Assembly (NCBI RefSeq): GCF_049075655.1
Contig: NZ_CP157522.1
Location: forward strand, 320,001-384,000
From: Methanothermococcus sp. Ax23
GTDB taxonomy: Archaea; AGJL01; Methanococci; Methanococcales; Methanococcaceae
Length of the DNA stretch: 64,000 nt
Reading direction: 5' to 3'
In this document: in pieces, positions 1 through 11,832 of the stretch
Numbering within the stretch: the first letter of the stretch is position 1
Layout: every line of letters begins with the position of its first letter
Program-made: the position numbers and the translations under genes
Notes under the pieces: model-generated
The model's input: the letters and a program-made list of their open reading frames with translations, nothing else
Told to the model about the DNA's origin: nothing
Database searches by the model: none

Positions 1-89
1 AATAATTAAAAAATAAAAAGAATAAAAATATAATAAAAAATTATTTTCTAAATCACCAAGATGAGCTCTAAAATTTATTAAATAAATAT

Positions 90-1460
90 TTATTTTTTAA
101 ATTTAAGTGATATGTCAGTTGGGTAGTTGCCTGAAACACATGCAAGGCATAGATTTTTTCTACCTATTGCCTTTATTAAACCTTTAATACTCAAATAACC
201 CAATGAATCGGCATGAATATAATCCCTTATTTCATCAACAGATTTTGAGCTGGCAATTAATTCTTCCTTTGTTGGCATATCTATTCCATAAAAACATGGA
301 GATATTATTTTTGGAGAACCCACTCTTAAATGCACTTCCTTTGCTCCTGCCTTTCTAACCATATCTACGATTCTTCTTGATGTTGTCCCTCTAACGATAC
401 TATCGTCAATTAAGACTACTCTTTTACCTTTTAATATGGTCTTAACAGGATTTAATTTTAATCTAACAGCTAAGTTTCTCTCCTCTTGGGAAGGGAGTAT
501 AAATGTTCTTCCTACATACCTGTTCTTTATTAATGCCTCGTAATATGGAATATCCAATTCTTCGGAATATCCTATTGCCGAAGTTATTCCAGAATCGGGA
601 ACTGGCGAGATAATATCCGCATCGCAAGGTTCTTCTTTTGCAAGTATTCTACCAATATTTCGCCTTACATTATATACGCTGATACCGTCAATTACTGAAT
701 CAGGTCTTGCAAAATAGACATATTCAAACATGCATGTTGATGCGTTTTTTAAACAATCATCCTCTGAAACATAATAATTCTCAATACCTTCTTTGTTAAT
801 TACAATGATTTCTCCTGGATTAACATCCCTTATGAGCTCGGCATCAACTACATCTAAGCCACAGCTTTCTGATGAAATATAAAAATTATCTTCATCTTTT
901 CCAATGCACAATGGCTTAAAACCATTTGGGTCTCTAACAGCTATAAGTGTGTTGTTGTATAGTATAATTAAAGAATATGCTCCAATTAACTCTTTTGAAA
1001 CATTTATTATTGACTGGATAATGTCTTCTGTTTTTAGGAGCTCCTTTACAAGCAGGTGTGCTACAACCTCAGAATCTGTTGATGATGTAAATATATGCCC
1101 TTGCTTTTCCAATTCCTCCTTTAAAATATGAGAATTAACAATATCACCGTTGTGAGCTATTGCCAAATTCCCAAGTGAGCTATTTACTATAAACGGCTGG
1201 CAGTTTTCAATTACGGAGCTCCCTGTGGTTGAGTATCTAACATGACCTATTCCAATATGACCTTTAAGGAGCCGGATATTTTCATTATTAAATACCTCGG
1301 GAACCAATCCCAATCCTTTATGGGAGTGTAATTCATGTCCATTGCTTACTACAATTCCTGCTCCTTCCTGCCCTCTATGCTGTAAAGCATAAAGACCATA
1401 GTATATCTTTCTTGCAACATCTTTATCTGAAAAAGAATATATTCCGAATATTCCGCACAT
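90..1460 (-). CDS. purF: Amidophosphoribosyltransferase
   Basis: N-terminal MCGIFG, QHRGQE, GHVRYST, PRPP motif [13 protein letters not shown]. Confidence 0.97.
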   Translation of the reverse strand: MCGIFGIYSFSDKDVARKIYYGLYALQHRGQEGAGIVVSNGHELHSHKGLGLVPEVFNNENIRLLKGHIGIGHVRYSTTGSSVIENCQPFIVNSSLGNLAIAHNGDIVNSHILKEELEKQGHIFTSSTDSEVVAHLLVKELLKTEDIIQSIINVSKELIGAYSLIILYNNTLIAVRDPNGFKPLCIGKDEDNFYISSESCGLDVVDAELIRDVNPGEIIVINKEGIENYYVSEDDCLKNASTCMFEYVYFARPDSVIDGISVYNVRRNIGRILAKEEPCDADIISPVPDSGITSAIGYSEELDIPYYEALIKNRYVGRTFILPSQEERNLAVRLKLNPVKTILKGKRVVLIDDSIVRGTTSRRIVDMVRKAGAKEVHLRVGSPKIISPCFYGIDMPTKEELIASSKSVDEIRDYIHADSLGYLSIKGLIKAIGRKNLCLACVSGNYPTDISLKFKK

Positions 1461-1639
1461 TTTATCACAGTTTAAATATGTTATAGAAAATATGATATAT
1501 GTTAAATATTAATGAGATATAAATAAAATTAATATTATTAGTTTAATAATCTAATATTTAAAGATTAACTGTAAAAATGTATTTAAAATAAAGTATAAAA
1601 AATAATAAAATAATTTTAATTAATGATTTTTTATATTTT

Positions 1640-3583
1640 TTATCGAGCTCCTGCACCTCCACCTCCAAATCCACCACCTGCACCAAATCCACCACCCATT
1701 CCCGGAGTTCCGCTGGTGGGTTTTATGGTGGCAATATATGCAGTATTTACTGAGGAATGCATGGAGCCGAAGGAATAGTATATTAGAGGATAGTAATTTA
1801 TCATCTCCCGCGTATTTTCAGGTAATTTAACATCTAATGATTTCAATGCCTTTTCAACATTCCTTCCAACACCAAGGGCAGTTCCATATATCAACCATTC
1901 TTTCCACATCAATATATCCTGAGGAGCGTATTTTTTTATCATGGCAATATCTGATAGAAACTTTTTAAATGATTCCCATTCAAGTTTTTCTTTATAATAA
2001 TCCTTTTTCCATTTACCAAATAGAGTTTTAGGGGCTATAATCAATACAACGCACTGCATAATCCACGCAATTGATAGATAGAATATGTGTGCAGTATCTG
2101 GATACAGGATTTTATAGTCTCCTGAGGATAATATGTAAGATACTACTGCAACAATCACCGAACAGGCAAGCAAAGCCCATATTATTATATTTCCCGTATT
2201 GTCCATATATTCATTAACAGAATACGATGATACAGGTGAGCTCATAATACCATTAACTTCATCCCATAGTCGCTGAGCTCCTATTCTGTTTTTGTTATAC
2301 TTATGTTCTGATGCTATTGCCTCAATTGTTGAAGGTTTAAATATGTTATTTTTCGAGTATCTTATTAAGAAAGCCATAATCTTTTTTTCGTAGTTATCTA
2401 AATTGGATAAATCCTTGCTGTGTATCTCTATACTAACATCATCGGTTGATTCCCCTGGCGATATTTTGATATATTTTTTATCATGAAGGTCTAAAAGTGT
2501 GGCATAAAATCCCTCCTTCCCAAACTCACCCACCTTTCCATTGAATATTAAATTAACAACCCAGGGTTTTCTATTTTTGTTTGGAACATAGCTTAGATAT
2601 TCGGGGACAATGTATTTCTTTTCTGCACCATATTTCTTATAAAGAATATATGCCATTAATGGAAAGATTACAACCATTATGGAAAACAGATATTTGATTA
2701 TGGATAATACCCTGTTTATTAAGAAATATCTATTATTTGCAGATAGGGTCTTTTCCTTAACATTATCTACATAATTGTAATACCCTACAACAGATTCTGG
2801 TTTTAAAAGCATCTCTAATTCAATTAATCCGTTTTCTGGACTATGGCCTGTGATTATATACTCATCACCTGTTTTTGATACCTTAAAACCCACTGGATGC
2901 ACAAATAGATTTAAAATATTATCATTTTTATCTACAACATGGATATTTACTTTTTTATATGGGAAATGCTCATCTGCAAGTTTTAGATTTAAATGGGATA
3001 CAGTATTATCGTATTCTATCGGAGGATATATGCTGAATAGATAGGATGTCGAATAATCCCCTGAACTGTATTTGTTCGGATTGTAAAATCCCACTTCATT
3101 TATTACATTGTATTGAACTACTAAGCTTTTTATATCCCTTAAAATCTCGAAGGATTCGGTATCTGCACGTAAAGTTCCATTGTATTCCACCACATAACCC
3201 ACCATATCCCCACTGGACGCGCTTAAATTAAGCAAAGTTATGTGAGGTTGGGAAACTGTTTCACTATAATTTGGATAATTATAATAACTATAATCATGAG
3301 CTCCGATAACCTCAACTTTGGAAATATTGCAACCACAAATTAAAGGCACCTTCCAATCCCTATAAAGCATCCTATATTTTTTATTTTCATATATTTGATA
3401 ATTATAGGTTTCTCTTAGGGATATGTTTTTATCCAATATGAGCTCGGCATTGTAAGAATTTACATCTATTGAACTGAAAGATGAGGAGGGCAGGTATTGA
3501 CTGCCTAAGCTTAAAGCTACCCCCAACATACCAATAACTGCCATTATAATCAATACTATAAACAACTGTTTTTCTTCCCTCAT
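1640..3583 (-). CDS. DUF2207-family membrane protein
   Basis: TM segments, WKEWLIYGTALGV, Gly-rich tail GGGFGGGGAGAR; downstream of lemA as is typical. Confidence 0.8.
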   Translation of the reverse strand: MREEKQLFIVLIIMAVIGMLGVALSLGSQYLPSSSFSSIDVNSYNAELILDKNISLRETYNYQIYENKKYRMLYRDWKVPLICGCNISKVEVIGAHDYSYYNYPNYSETVSQPHITLLNLSASSGDMVGYVVEYNGTLRADTESFEILRDIKSLVVQYNVINEVGFYNPNKYSSGDYSTSYLFSIYPPIEYDNTVSHLNLKLADEHFPYKKVNIHVVDKNDNILNLFVHPVGFKVSKTGDEYIITGHSPENGLIELEMLLKPESVVGYYNYVDNVKEKTLSANNRYFLINRVLSIIKYLFSIMVVIFPLMAYILYKKYGAEKKYIVPEYLSYVPNKNRKPWVVNLIFNGKVGEFGKEGFYATLLDLHDKKYIKISPGESTDDVSIEIHSKDLSNLDNYEKKIMAFLIRYSKNNIFKPSTIEAIASEHKYNKNRIGAQRLWDEVNGIMSSPVSSYSVNEYMDNTGNIIIWALLACSVIVAVVSYILSSGDYKILYPDTAHIFYLSIAWIMQCVVLIIAPKTLFGKWKKDYYKEKLEWESFKKFLSDIAMIKKYAPQDILMWKEWLIYGTALGVGRNVEKALKSLDVKLPENTREMINYYPLIYYSFGSMHSSVNTAYIATIKPTSGTPGMGGGFGAGGGFGGGGAGAR

Positions 3584-3668
3584 ATTATCCCCAATATAAA
3601 AAAATAGTATATTTTTATATTTTTTACTTTTTTGTTTTATTTACTTCTATTTTTGTATTTTTGCAATA

Positions 3669-4262
3669 TTAGAACTCTATTTTTGGTCTTTGACTTAGTT
3701 CCCGCTCCCCCTCTTCAAATTCTAAATAACTCATCTTCTTAAAGTTAAACATGCCTGCAACAATGTTTGATGGAATAACATCGGCTTTTGTGTTGTATTC
3801 CTGCACTATGTTGTTGTATGTATATCTATGCCGTGCTATTTCATTTTCCATATCATTAATGGCATCCATGAGCTCCATTACAGTGGATGAAGTTTTTAAA
3901 TCTGGATAATTCTCAACTGCAACCATTATATTGCCCAATATCTGTCTTGACTGTTTTTCTATATCCTGTATTTCTGAGGTGGACTGAGCTCCTAATACAC
4001 TACTTCGGAGCTCTGTTATTTTTGTCAAAGTCTCTTTTTCAAATGAGACATAGCTTTTAACACTATCAACAAGCTGATTTATCATATCCAGTCTTTTTTT
4101 AAGTGCTACTTTAATTTGACCAAGCGTAGCTTCTGCCCCATTTTTAAGCGTTTTAAATCGATTGTATATCATTGCAACATATATAATTAAAATAATCAGT
4201 AAGATTAAAATTACTCCGCCTATGAATATTCCCAAAATTAACGATGTCATAATAACCCCCAT
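3669..4262 (-). CDS. lemA: LemA family protein
   Basis: N-terminal [29 protein letters not shown]. Confidence 0.93.
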   Translation of the reverse strand: MGVIMTSLILGIFIGGVILILLIILIIYVAMIYNRFKTLKNGAEATLGQIKVALKKRLDMINQLVDSVKSYVSFEKETLTKITELRSSVLGAQSTSEIQDIEKQSRQILGNIMVAVENYPDLKTSSTVMELMDAINDMENEIARHRYTYNNIVQEYNTKADVIPSNIVAGMFNFKKMSYLEFEEGERELSQRPKIEF

Positions 4263-4454
4263 GTTATATTCTAAATTATATATTCTAAATTATAATATGT
4301 TTAAGTATAAAATATTTGCAGTATTGGCAAGATATTAGATAGATATCATATAATTACTTAAAAAAATAGAAAACAACTAAAAATAAATTAAAAAAACTAA
4401 AATAAAAAAATTATAAAAATAAAAAAGAATTTTTTTAATCTTGTTCCATTGTGT

Positions 4455-4643
4455 TTATTTTACTCTTGCGCCATTTACTTTTTTGGATTTCCATGAATAT
4501 CTTCTAATTCTTTTACTTGCTCCAAATCCGCATGCAGCACAGGTTTTCTTTTTAACATGGTATGCTCTTCTTCCACATCTTCTACATATCATATGATTTG
4601 AACCTTTGTTATGTTTACCCTGGGAAGGTGTTCCTTTACTCAT
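4455..4643 (-). CDS. rpl37e: 50S ribosomal protein L37e
   Basis: [15 protein letters not shown]...CAACGF. Confidence 0.97.
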   Translation of the reverse strand: MSKGTPSQGKHNKGSNHMICRRCGRRAYHVKKKTCAACGFGASKRIRRYSWKSKKVNGARVK

Positions 4644-4704
4644 TTTTTCACCGTGTTTTATTTTTATTTCCTTTAATAATAATTATCGTTTATAAATTTT
4701 ATGC

Positions 4705-4920
4705 TTATAATGATATAAACAATACATTGTCTCCTCTTATAACAATGAGTTGGTATTCTTTTTCATCATTTTCAAATTTTGCATTTTCAAGTGCTACATT
4801 CAAATGTAAATCATAAGCTTTTAATCTACCTTTTACCATACTGCTATCTTTTAAATGAACAACTACATTTGTGTTTATTGATTTACCCAATGCGTCTAAT
4901 GGTCTTTGAGTATCTATCAT
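4705..4920 (-). CDS. Sm-like archaeal protein (SmAP/Lsm)
   Basis: RPLDAL, YDLHLN, IRGDNV Sm motifs; conserved position upstream of L37e. Confidence 0.93.
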   Translation of the reverse strand: MIDTQRPLDALGKSINTNVVVHLKDSSMVKGRLKAYDLHLNVALENAKFENDEKEYQLIVIRGDNVLFISL

Positions 4921-5189
4921 TTATTACACCTCATATAAAACAAATATAAATAATGTATTTAAGATTTAAAAATTATTAAATACTTCTAATATATAAGAGT
5001 TTCCAATATTATGATTAAAAGTAGCTTTATTTTTACATATATATTCAATATAAATTTGTATAAATTTCTACAATATAGAACTATGTTTTAGATTTATGTT
5101 TTTTAAATGATAAATTTATATAATACTATTTTAGTAGTATAATCAAACAAATTTAAATTATCATATATAAAACATACGGAGGTCATATT

Positions 5190-6467
5190 ATGGGAATGAC
5201 ATTACCTGAAAAAATACTTGCAAAGGCGTCAGGAAATAAAACTGTGTCTCCCGGAGACATAGTAATGGCAAAGATAGAAACAGCAATGGCACACGATATT
5301 ACAGGTCCATTGACTGTAAATACATTAAAAAAAGAAGGGATAGATAAAGTCTGGGATAATGAAGAAAAAATAGTCATACTCTTTGACCACCAGATACCTG
5401 CTGACAGTATAACCGCAGCAGAAAACCATATATTAATGAGAAAATTTGTAAAAGAACAGAATATAAAGAACTTCTACGATATAAGAGAAGGAGTATGTCA
5501 TCAAGTATTGCCTGAAAAGGGACATGTTCTCCCAGGAACTGTGGTTGTTGGGGCAGATTCCCACACATGCACACACGGAGCATTTGGAGCATTTGCAACA
5601 GGTATAGGAAGTACAGACATGGCGGCAGTATTTGCAACAGGTGAATTATGGTTTAAAGTGCCCGAAACACTATATTTCAACATTACAGGAGAATTAAAAC
5701 CTCATGTAATGTCAAAAGATGTAATACTTCATATTATTGGAGAAGTTGGATTCGATGGTGCAACATATAAGGCAGCACAATACGGCGGAGAAACAGTTAA
5801 AAACATGAGTATAGCTTCAAGAATGACAATGTCAAACATGGCTATCGAAATGGGAGCTAAAACAGGAATAATCGAACCAGATGAAAAAACAATAAACTAT
5901 GTAAAAAGTGTAATGCAAAAACACGGAACAACAAGACCATTTGAACCACTTAAAGCAGATGAAGATGCAGAATATGAAGAAGTATTTGAAATTGAAGTAA
6001 ATGATTTAGAACCTGTATTTGCATGTCCTCATGCTGTTGATAATGTGAAGCAGGCAAGAGAAGTTGCTGGAAGACCTATTGACCAGGTATTTATTGGTTC
6101 ATGCACAAACGGAAGATTGGAAGATTTAAGAGCTGCCATAAAAGTTATAGAAGAACATGGCGGTATAGCAGATGATATAAGGGTGGTAGTATCTCCTGCT
6201 TCAAGAGAAGTAATGCTTGCTGCAATGGAAGAAGGAATAATCCAGAAGTTCTATAAATATGGATGTGTTGTAACAAACCCATCCTGTTCCGCATGTATGG
6301 GAGCTCTCTATGGTATATTGGGACCTGGTGAAGTTGGAGTTGCTACATCAAATAGAAATTTCAGAGGAAGAGAAGGTTCATTAGATTCAGAAGTATATCT
6401 TGCATCACCAATTACAGCAGCAGCCTGTGCGGTTAAAGGAGAATTAATAGACCCGAGAGACTTATAA
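5190..6467 (+). CDS. leuC: 3-isopropylmalate/citramalate dehydratase large subunit
   Basis: Aconitase-family motifs [26 protein letters not shown]. Confidence 0.88.
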   Translation: MGMTLPEKILAKASGNKTVSPGDIVMAKIETAMAHDITGPLTVNTLKKEGIDKVWDNEEKIVILFDHQIPADSITAAENHILMRKFVKEQNIKNFYDIREGVCHQVLPEKGHVLPGTVVVGADSHTCTHGAFGAFATGIGSTDMAAVFATGELWFKVPETLYFNITGELKPHVMSKDVILHIIGEVGFDGATYKAAQYGGETVKNMSIASRMTMSNMAIEMGAKTGIIEPDEKTINYVKSVMQKHGTTRPFEPLKADEDAEYEEVFEIEVNDLEPVFACPHAVDNVKQAREVAGRPIDQVFIGSCTNGRLEDLRAAIKVIEEHGGIADDIRVVVSPASREVMLAAMEEGIIQKFYKYGCVVTNPSCSACMGALYGILGPGEVGVATSNRNFRGREGSLDSEVYLASPITAAACAVKGELIDPRDL

Positions 6468-6519
6468 AAAAGCTATTAACGATTTTTTTTAATTATAATT
6501 TTTTAGAGGTAGTGTTTTT

Positions 6520-6972
6520 TCAATGAGATAGTTTTTTACATACGCCGTTGTTAAAACTACAATCCCCACATGCGAGACATACGAGCTTTTCTTTCATGCC
6601 AATACCAATAGTATTTAATCCTGCAATAATAGTTTTATCTTTAAAGTTATCAGATATGGTTTTTAATCCTGCTCCGCATGCAAGTACTAGTATGGAATCA
6701 AAAGACTCTCCATCAGTATATTCGGATAATTTTCTGACAGTCCTGTATCGACATGCCCCATCATTCAAAACCTCGGGAATACTTTTATTTTCAAATATTT
6801 TAAAACCTCTTTTTGATAGCATGTTTTTCATAGCTCTTACTTCATCTAATCCCCCCGTTTTGCAACTTTTTGCACACATGCCACAACCGATTATCATTAC
6901 TGTATTTACATTATTCTCTATTAATTTTCTGATGATTTCATTAATATCTTTCTTAGTTGTAACTACAGACAT
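6520..6972 (-). CDS. Cys-rich protein resembling the N-terminal part of MetV (MTHFR-associated Fe-S/Zn subunit)
   Basis: IIGCGMCAKSCKTGG.DEV, LACGAG, CLACGDC motifs. Confidence 0.55.
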   Translation of the reverse strand: MSVVTTKKDINEIIRKLIENNVNTVMIIGCGMCAKSCKTGGLDEVRAMKNMLSKRGFKIFENKSIPEVLNDGACRYRTVRKLSEYTDGESFDSILVLACGAGLKTISDNFKDKTIIAGLNTIGIGMKEKLVCLACGDCSFNNGVCKKLSH

Positions 6973-7198
6973 AGTACCACATACATGGACTTAATTTATT
7001 TTATAATTATTTAATAAAAATCGTTTAATTCCATATATAAACTACTTAATACAAAAAAAGATGATATATGATAATTGTAAGGGGATAGCAAGAGAGTGGT
7101 CAGCCACCAACGAATTGAGCGAAAACATTTTTCTGTTTTCTGTTTCCATTAGCATTAGCATTTCCGAACTCAACGAATATACTCTATTATACTTATTA

Positions 7199-8794
7199 TT
7201 AATGTCCAATCATCTCTTCTTTCTCCTCTTCCGTCAATATTTTAACAATTTCTTCTGGTTTTCCCATTTTTATTATTTTTCCGTTTCTCATCAATGCAGC
7301 CCTATCACAAACATTCAAAACAAAGTCCATATCGTGAGATACTATAATATATGTTTGCTCCAATTCTTTTCTTGATTTTTGAATGGATTCTGCCACCATG
7401 TTTCTTGTGAATGGGTCCATTGTCCCAGTAGGTTCATCGAGAAGTATTACATGAGGCTCCCTTATCAATACCTGAGCAAGTGCCACCCTATGCCTTTCAC
7501 CAACACTGAGCTCCTTTGGATATTTATCCAATATCTTTTCTGCCTCTTCCTCAGTAAATCCTACTGATGCCAAGGTGTGTTCTGCCTTCATTCTTGCAAA
7601 CTCCCCAGGGAGCTCTAACCCTATGGATTCTGTAAGGTTGTATAATATTGTTCTATGTGGGTATAATGTATATTCTTGGAAAAGCATTCCTATGTATCTT
7701 CTTGCTCTACCTCTGTTCATAGGACCTGGTTTTGTCATATCTATCCATTCATCACCAAGTCTAAATTGATATTTCCCTTTTGACGGTGGAAGAACCCCTG
7801 CTATAATCTTTGAAAGTGTGGTCTTTCCTGCACCACTGGTTCCAACAAGTCCAAATATTTCCATTTCTTTTATATCCAATGAGACGCCATCAACAGCCTT
7901 TACAACACCTCTTTCAACTGAACAGTATTTTTTCTCAATATTTTCCAATACTATCTGCTCATCCCTTACCTCTACCTTTTCAAACTTCTTAAACTCCGTC
8001 ATTGTTTCCATGAACTTATTTACGACCTCTTCACTATCTCCACATTCTTTGATTTCTCCACCTTCAAGCCATATTGCCTTGTTTGAGAGCTCCGCTATTA
8101 CCTCAGCCCAGTGGGATGTGATAATCATACCTATGTTGTTTTTGATAACTGTTTCTTTCAATGCATCATGGACAAGTTTGGCAGTTTTTGGGTCGAGTGT
8201 TCCAGTTGGTTCGTCAGCTAAGAAGATTACGGGTTTTTTAGCAATCTGTCTTGCAAGAACAACCCTCTGTTTTTCACCACCACTTAAATCCCTTGCAATA
8301 TGTGTAATTCTATGTTCCAATTTAACCATTTTTATTAATCTCATGGCAATATCTGTTGCTTCCTTGCCATCAAATCCTGCTGAGGATAGAGCCTCCAATA
8401 TGTTTTCAATTACTGATTTTTCACCATATAGTGCAAAAGTTCTTTGAAGCATTATAGCAATTTTTTTCTTTAAGTTATAAGTTATTTCCTTATCATTCCA
8501 GAAATCAACTGAAATCTCATGGAATGTTCCCCCACATTCACATTTTTGACCATCTTTTGAAGGAACATCTACTTCTCCACAATTATCACATTTTGCAATA
8601 TGGTAAATGACTTTTCCTTCCGTAGGTTCATACCCCTCCATACCTCTGAGCATATGGAGTAAAACGGATTTTCCAGAACCACTTCTACCGAGAACACCGA
8701 GAACCTCTCCTTCATTGAGCTCGAAATTTATATTCTTCAATACCTCATTGTCTCCGAACTTTTTTGAAACATTTTTGACTTCCAACAACAGCAT
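7199..8794 (-). CDS. atwA: Methyl-coenzyme M reductase system component A2
   Basis: Two ABC ATPase domains with a Zn-ribbon insert (CDNC..CECG), MLQRTFALYG. Confidence 0.93.
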   Translation of the reverse strand: MLLLEVKNVSKKFGDNEVLKNINFELNEGEVLGVLGRSGSGKSVLLHMLRGMEGYEPTEGKVIYHIAKCDNCGEVDVPSKDGQKCECGGTFHEISVDFWNDKEITYNLKKKIAIMLQRTFALYGEKSVIENILEALSSAGFDGKEATDIAMRLIKMVKLEHRITHIARDLSGGEKQRVVLARQIAKKPVIFLADEPTGTLDPKTAKLVHDALKETVIKNNIGMIITSHWAEVIAELSNKAIWLEGGEIKECGDSEEVVNKFMETMTEFKKFEKVEVRDEQIVLENIEKKYCSVERGVVKAVDGVSLDIKEMEIFGLVGTSGAGKTTLSKIIAGVLPPSKGKYQFRLGDEWIDMTKPGPMNRGRARRYIGMLFQEYTLYPHRTILYNLTESIGLELPGEFARMKAEHTLASVGFTEEEAEKILDKYPKELSVGERHRVALAQVLIREPHVILLDEPTGTMDPFTRNMVAESIQKSRKELEQTYIIVSHDMDFVLNVCDRAALMRNGKIIKMGKPEEIVKILTEEEKEEMIGH

Positions 8795-8829
8795 ACACTA
8801 TCACCAATTATTAAAATATATTTTTTATT

Positions 8830-9243
8830 TTAATCTCCACTATCTTTGACATGAAATGTAGAACACCAATTTGCAGGTTTAAATACACAATATTTGCCTT
8901 TACCGCATATTTCATTCATTCCACATTCTCTTAGTTTGTAATATCCGCCTTCTATTTTTATGACCTTTCCATTAATTAAAAAATCACTTACCTTTTTTCT
9001 TGCAGATTTCAGAATGTTCCAGAATACTCTTCTTGATACGCCCATGGCATTTGCAGCTTCTTCATGGGAATAACCTAAATAATCTACAAGTCTTATGGAC
9101 TCCAATTCTTCGAAACTTAGATTTAAAACGTCTATTTCTTTATTATCTAAAATATCTTCTGGTTTGAATATTCTTGCTTTTGGTTCTTCTGATATAATTC
9201 TTGGAATTTTTGGCCTTCCCTTTCTGAATCTCATAAAAATCAC
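8830..9243 (-). CDS. DUF134 HTH protein
   Basis: [29 protein letters not shown]. Confidence 0.85.
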   Translation of the reverse strand: MIFMRFRKGRPKIPRIISEEPKARIFKPEDILDNKEIDVLNLSFEELESIRLVDYLGYSHEEAANAMGVSRRVFWNILKSARKKVSDFLINGKVIKIEGGYYKLRECGMNEICGKGKYCVFKPANWCSTFHVKDSGD

Positions 9244-9246
9244 AGG

Positions 9247-9576
9247 TTAGTCTGTTCTATTCACTTTTAAGCCACCAATTGGAACTTCTGCAATAGTGTA
9301 TCTTTCATTTGAAAGTCTTTCATAAATACATTTTTTTATTAAATTTAGATTTTTCTCATCTACTATAGTGCCTATCATTACGGCATTACGGGACATATCG
9401 TTAATTATCTTCAAAGCCTTTTCAGGTTCTTCATCCAACAAAAAGCCGCTCCAATCTTGGGGGGACATTCCTTTATATTCCGTCAGAAAGAATCCTGAGA
9501 TTCCTCCTTCGGATAAAGCATTTATCGCTTTTCCAATATTTTCCGTTTCAACAAAGAGATAGAGTAATATTTTCAT
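9247..9576 (-). CDS. MJ1244-like conserved methanogen protein (PII-like fold)
   Basis: LFVETENIGKAINAL, EYKGMSPQDW. Confidence 0.6.
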   Translation of the reverse strand: MKILLYLFVETENIGKAINALSEGGISGFFLTEYKGMSPQDWSGFLLDEEPEKALKIINDMSRNAVMIGTIVDEKNLNLIKKCIYERLSNERYTIAEVPIGGLKVNRTD

Positions 9577-9744
9577 AATAGCCCTCCAATTATTTAGCCC
9601 TTATGTGCAAAATTTATTAAATAAAATTATATATATACTTATCTATGTAGCAATAGCTTAAAATTGCAGATTTTAAATTTTATTATTAAATTATGATATA
9701 TAATTTATTATGATATAATTATTAGACACAATTTTATAAATAAC

Positions 9745-10383
9745 TTAATGTATTATATCAATACCTTTTTTTACTATTTTGTATCTAATCCTTTCCCCCT
9801 CTTCTGAATATCTGTGCTTTTCCAGTATTAATTCTCTTGATTTGTCTAGTTTTTCCATTCTAATTATTGTTTTACTCCAATATTCAAGTAGTTTCCCCCC
9901 AGTTGCTTTGAATCCATTTGATGTATCGCTAACTTGATTTGTAATTAAAACTGCCACATTCTTTTTTTTAGCAATATTTAACAGTGTGAGTATCTGCTTA
10001 CCAAGTATTCTGTTTAGTCTAGTGTTTTCATTTACATTGTCCGAGAGCTCTAACCTATATAAAGAAGAAATACCATCGACAACAACCAACCCTAAATTAT
10101 CAATAAAAAATAATTTTTCAAGTATTGCCGACTGCTCTTCAAAGCTTTCAGGCTCGTAAATAATTAGGTTATCGAGAATGTTTTCAATGTCATTTCCAGA
10201 TATTTGTTTTATTCTTTCAATGGATAATCCGCCTTCTGTATCTACATATACAACTTTAAAACCTTTTTTTATAAAATTTATTGCTGAAATTATGCCTATG
10301 TTGGTTTTTCCAACTCCCGGTGGTCCGTAAATTTGAGTAATTGTTTTTCTTTCGATATTTCCCTTTAAAATTTCATTTAACAT
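9745..10383 (-). CDS. radB: DNA repair protein RadB
   Basis: QIYGPPGVGKT, DTEGG, C-terminal LEKHR. Confidence 0.93.
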   Translation of the reverse strand: MLNEILKGNIERKTITQIYGPPGVGKTNIGIISAINFIKKGFKVVYVDTEGGLSIERIKQISGNDIENILDNLIIYEPESFEEQSAILEKLFFIDNLGLVVVDGISSLYRLELSDNVNENTRLNRILGKQILTLLNIAKKKNVAVLITNQVSDTSNGFKATGGKLLEYWSKTIIRMEKLDKSRELILEKHRYSEEGERIRYKIVKKGIDIIH

Positions 10384-10437
10384 TATATCACTTAATTAAT
10401 ATTAATTTTGAGATTGGAGATATAATCTTAACAACGC

Positions 10438-11691
10438 TTAAAATAAAATTAACGGCTTGCTTAAATGCCTTCTTGCAGATGGTGGAACTTCATAAAATCC
10501 TTCCTTTATATCTCTTTTAACTTCTATTAATTTTATTTCATCATATTTTATTTTTTTACCGCATTTATTACATACATAACCGCTTTTAACTCCTTTTGAT
10601 TTTAATGTTCCACCGCAGGAGCATTTTTTGTCTTTCATATACTGTTTGGATAGTTTTAATATCTTTAATTTTTCAATATTTATTCCAAGTGGTTCCTCCC
10701 TAACTGTTCCATATACTCCTACAATATCGCCTTTTTTCAATTTTCTTATTAAATTCCTAAAATCCTTCGTAGGTTCATAAGCTACGCAGTTTATTTTTCC
10801 AGTTCCATCATCTATTTCAAATACTACAATTCCGCCTGCAATGTCTTTTGGATTATTTACCACTATTCCATAAACTATTACTCCCGTGTTTGGATATATG
10901 TCCTTTATTTTCATATATCTTAAATGAACATCGGTTCCCTGATTTGTTTTGTATATCATGTATCTGTCTATTTCTTCCCCGCATTTAACCATATTCATGG
11001 CATCTATTAAAACATCCTTTTTTATTCCACGAATGCCGTATAGAACTGGACATTTTGTTCGCGGTGCAATTATCTGCTTCTCGCCATCTACATTATTAAA
11101 TGTAAATGGAATAGTTTTTTCATCCATTTCAACAACTGATTTACTGTCTATTGCTCTTTTCTTTCCCCAGTTTTCCCTTTTCCTATATGTTAGGAGCTCA
11201 TATGTATATGGTCCAACTGATGCTATACTTCCCAATGCCCCTATTATACCATGTCCTTTTTTATATGCTTTATATTCTCCGCCGATTTTGCCTATTATTT
11301 CCTTTGCATAATCTACGGTGATTATATCATAAAGCACTTTTTTGTAGTAATCATCTAAAATCTTTCTGTTTTTTGTATAATTTTCTTCACTTAAAAACAC
11401 TATTCCAGGGTTTGTGTTCTCGCATTCAAAATCAGAGTATTCTTCAACAAGATTTATTACAGTTTCTTTTATGTAATTTATATCCTTTTCAGTTAGTTTC
11501 TTTTCATCTTCAATAATCCTTAAACTAACTCCCCCGTTTCCACGAGTTTTATATTTAACCATGGGGTTCATTCTTATTAACTTTGGAGTGTCCATTTTGT
11601 ATTTCTCTCCGAGCTCATCCATTAAAAGCATTCCAATATATGTTGTGCAATACCTATCCCTACTATCTGTGTCATCAAGTCCTATGAACAT
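10438..11691 (-). CDS. tiaS: tRNA(Ile2) agmatinylcytidine synthetase
   Basis: IGLDDTDS..CTTY, KTRGNG, OB fold, Zn ribbon, ARRHLSKP. Confidence 0.95.
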   Translation of the reverse strand: MFIGLDDTDSRDRYCTTYIGMLLMDELGEKYKMDTPKLIRMNPMVKYKTRGNGGVSLRIIEDEKKLTEKDINYIKETVINLVEEYSDFECENTNPGIVFLSEENYTKNRKILDDYYKKVLYDIITVDYAKEIIGKIGGEYKAYKKGHGIIGALGSIASVGPYTYELLTYRKRENWGKKRAIDSKSVVEMDEKTIPFTFNNVDGEKQIIAPRTKCPVLYGIRGIKKDVLIDAMNMVKCGEEIDRYMIYKTNQGTDVHLRYMKIKDIYPNTGVIVYGIVVNNPKDIAGGIVVFEIDDGTGKINCVAYEPTKDFRNLIRKLKKGDIVGVYGTVREEPLGINIEKLKILKLSKQYMKDKKCSCGGTLKSKGVKSGYVCNKCGKKIKYDEIKLIEVKRDIKEGFYEVPPSARRHLSKPLILF

Positions 11692-11832
11692 TTTTTCACC
11701 GAATAAAATATAAAATTAGAATTAAAGTGATACAATGAATAATTATAACTATAATATAGCATAACATTATAAAATATTTATCAAAGATATTTTTAATAAA
11801 GAATAATACAAAACAAATTTAAGGACGATATT

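Noticed and set aside
4264-4295. Short AT-rich tandem repeats (also about 9690-9722 and 39045-39075)
   Set aside because: Low complexity; expected in such AT-rich intergenic DNA.
7818-8447. Long antisense ORFs (also 19748-20422, 58929-59465, 30399-30893 and others)
   Set aside because: Shadow frames of well-supported genes, with no motifs.
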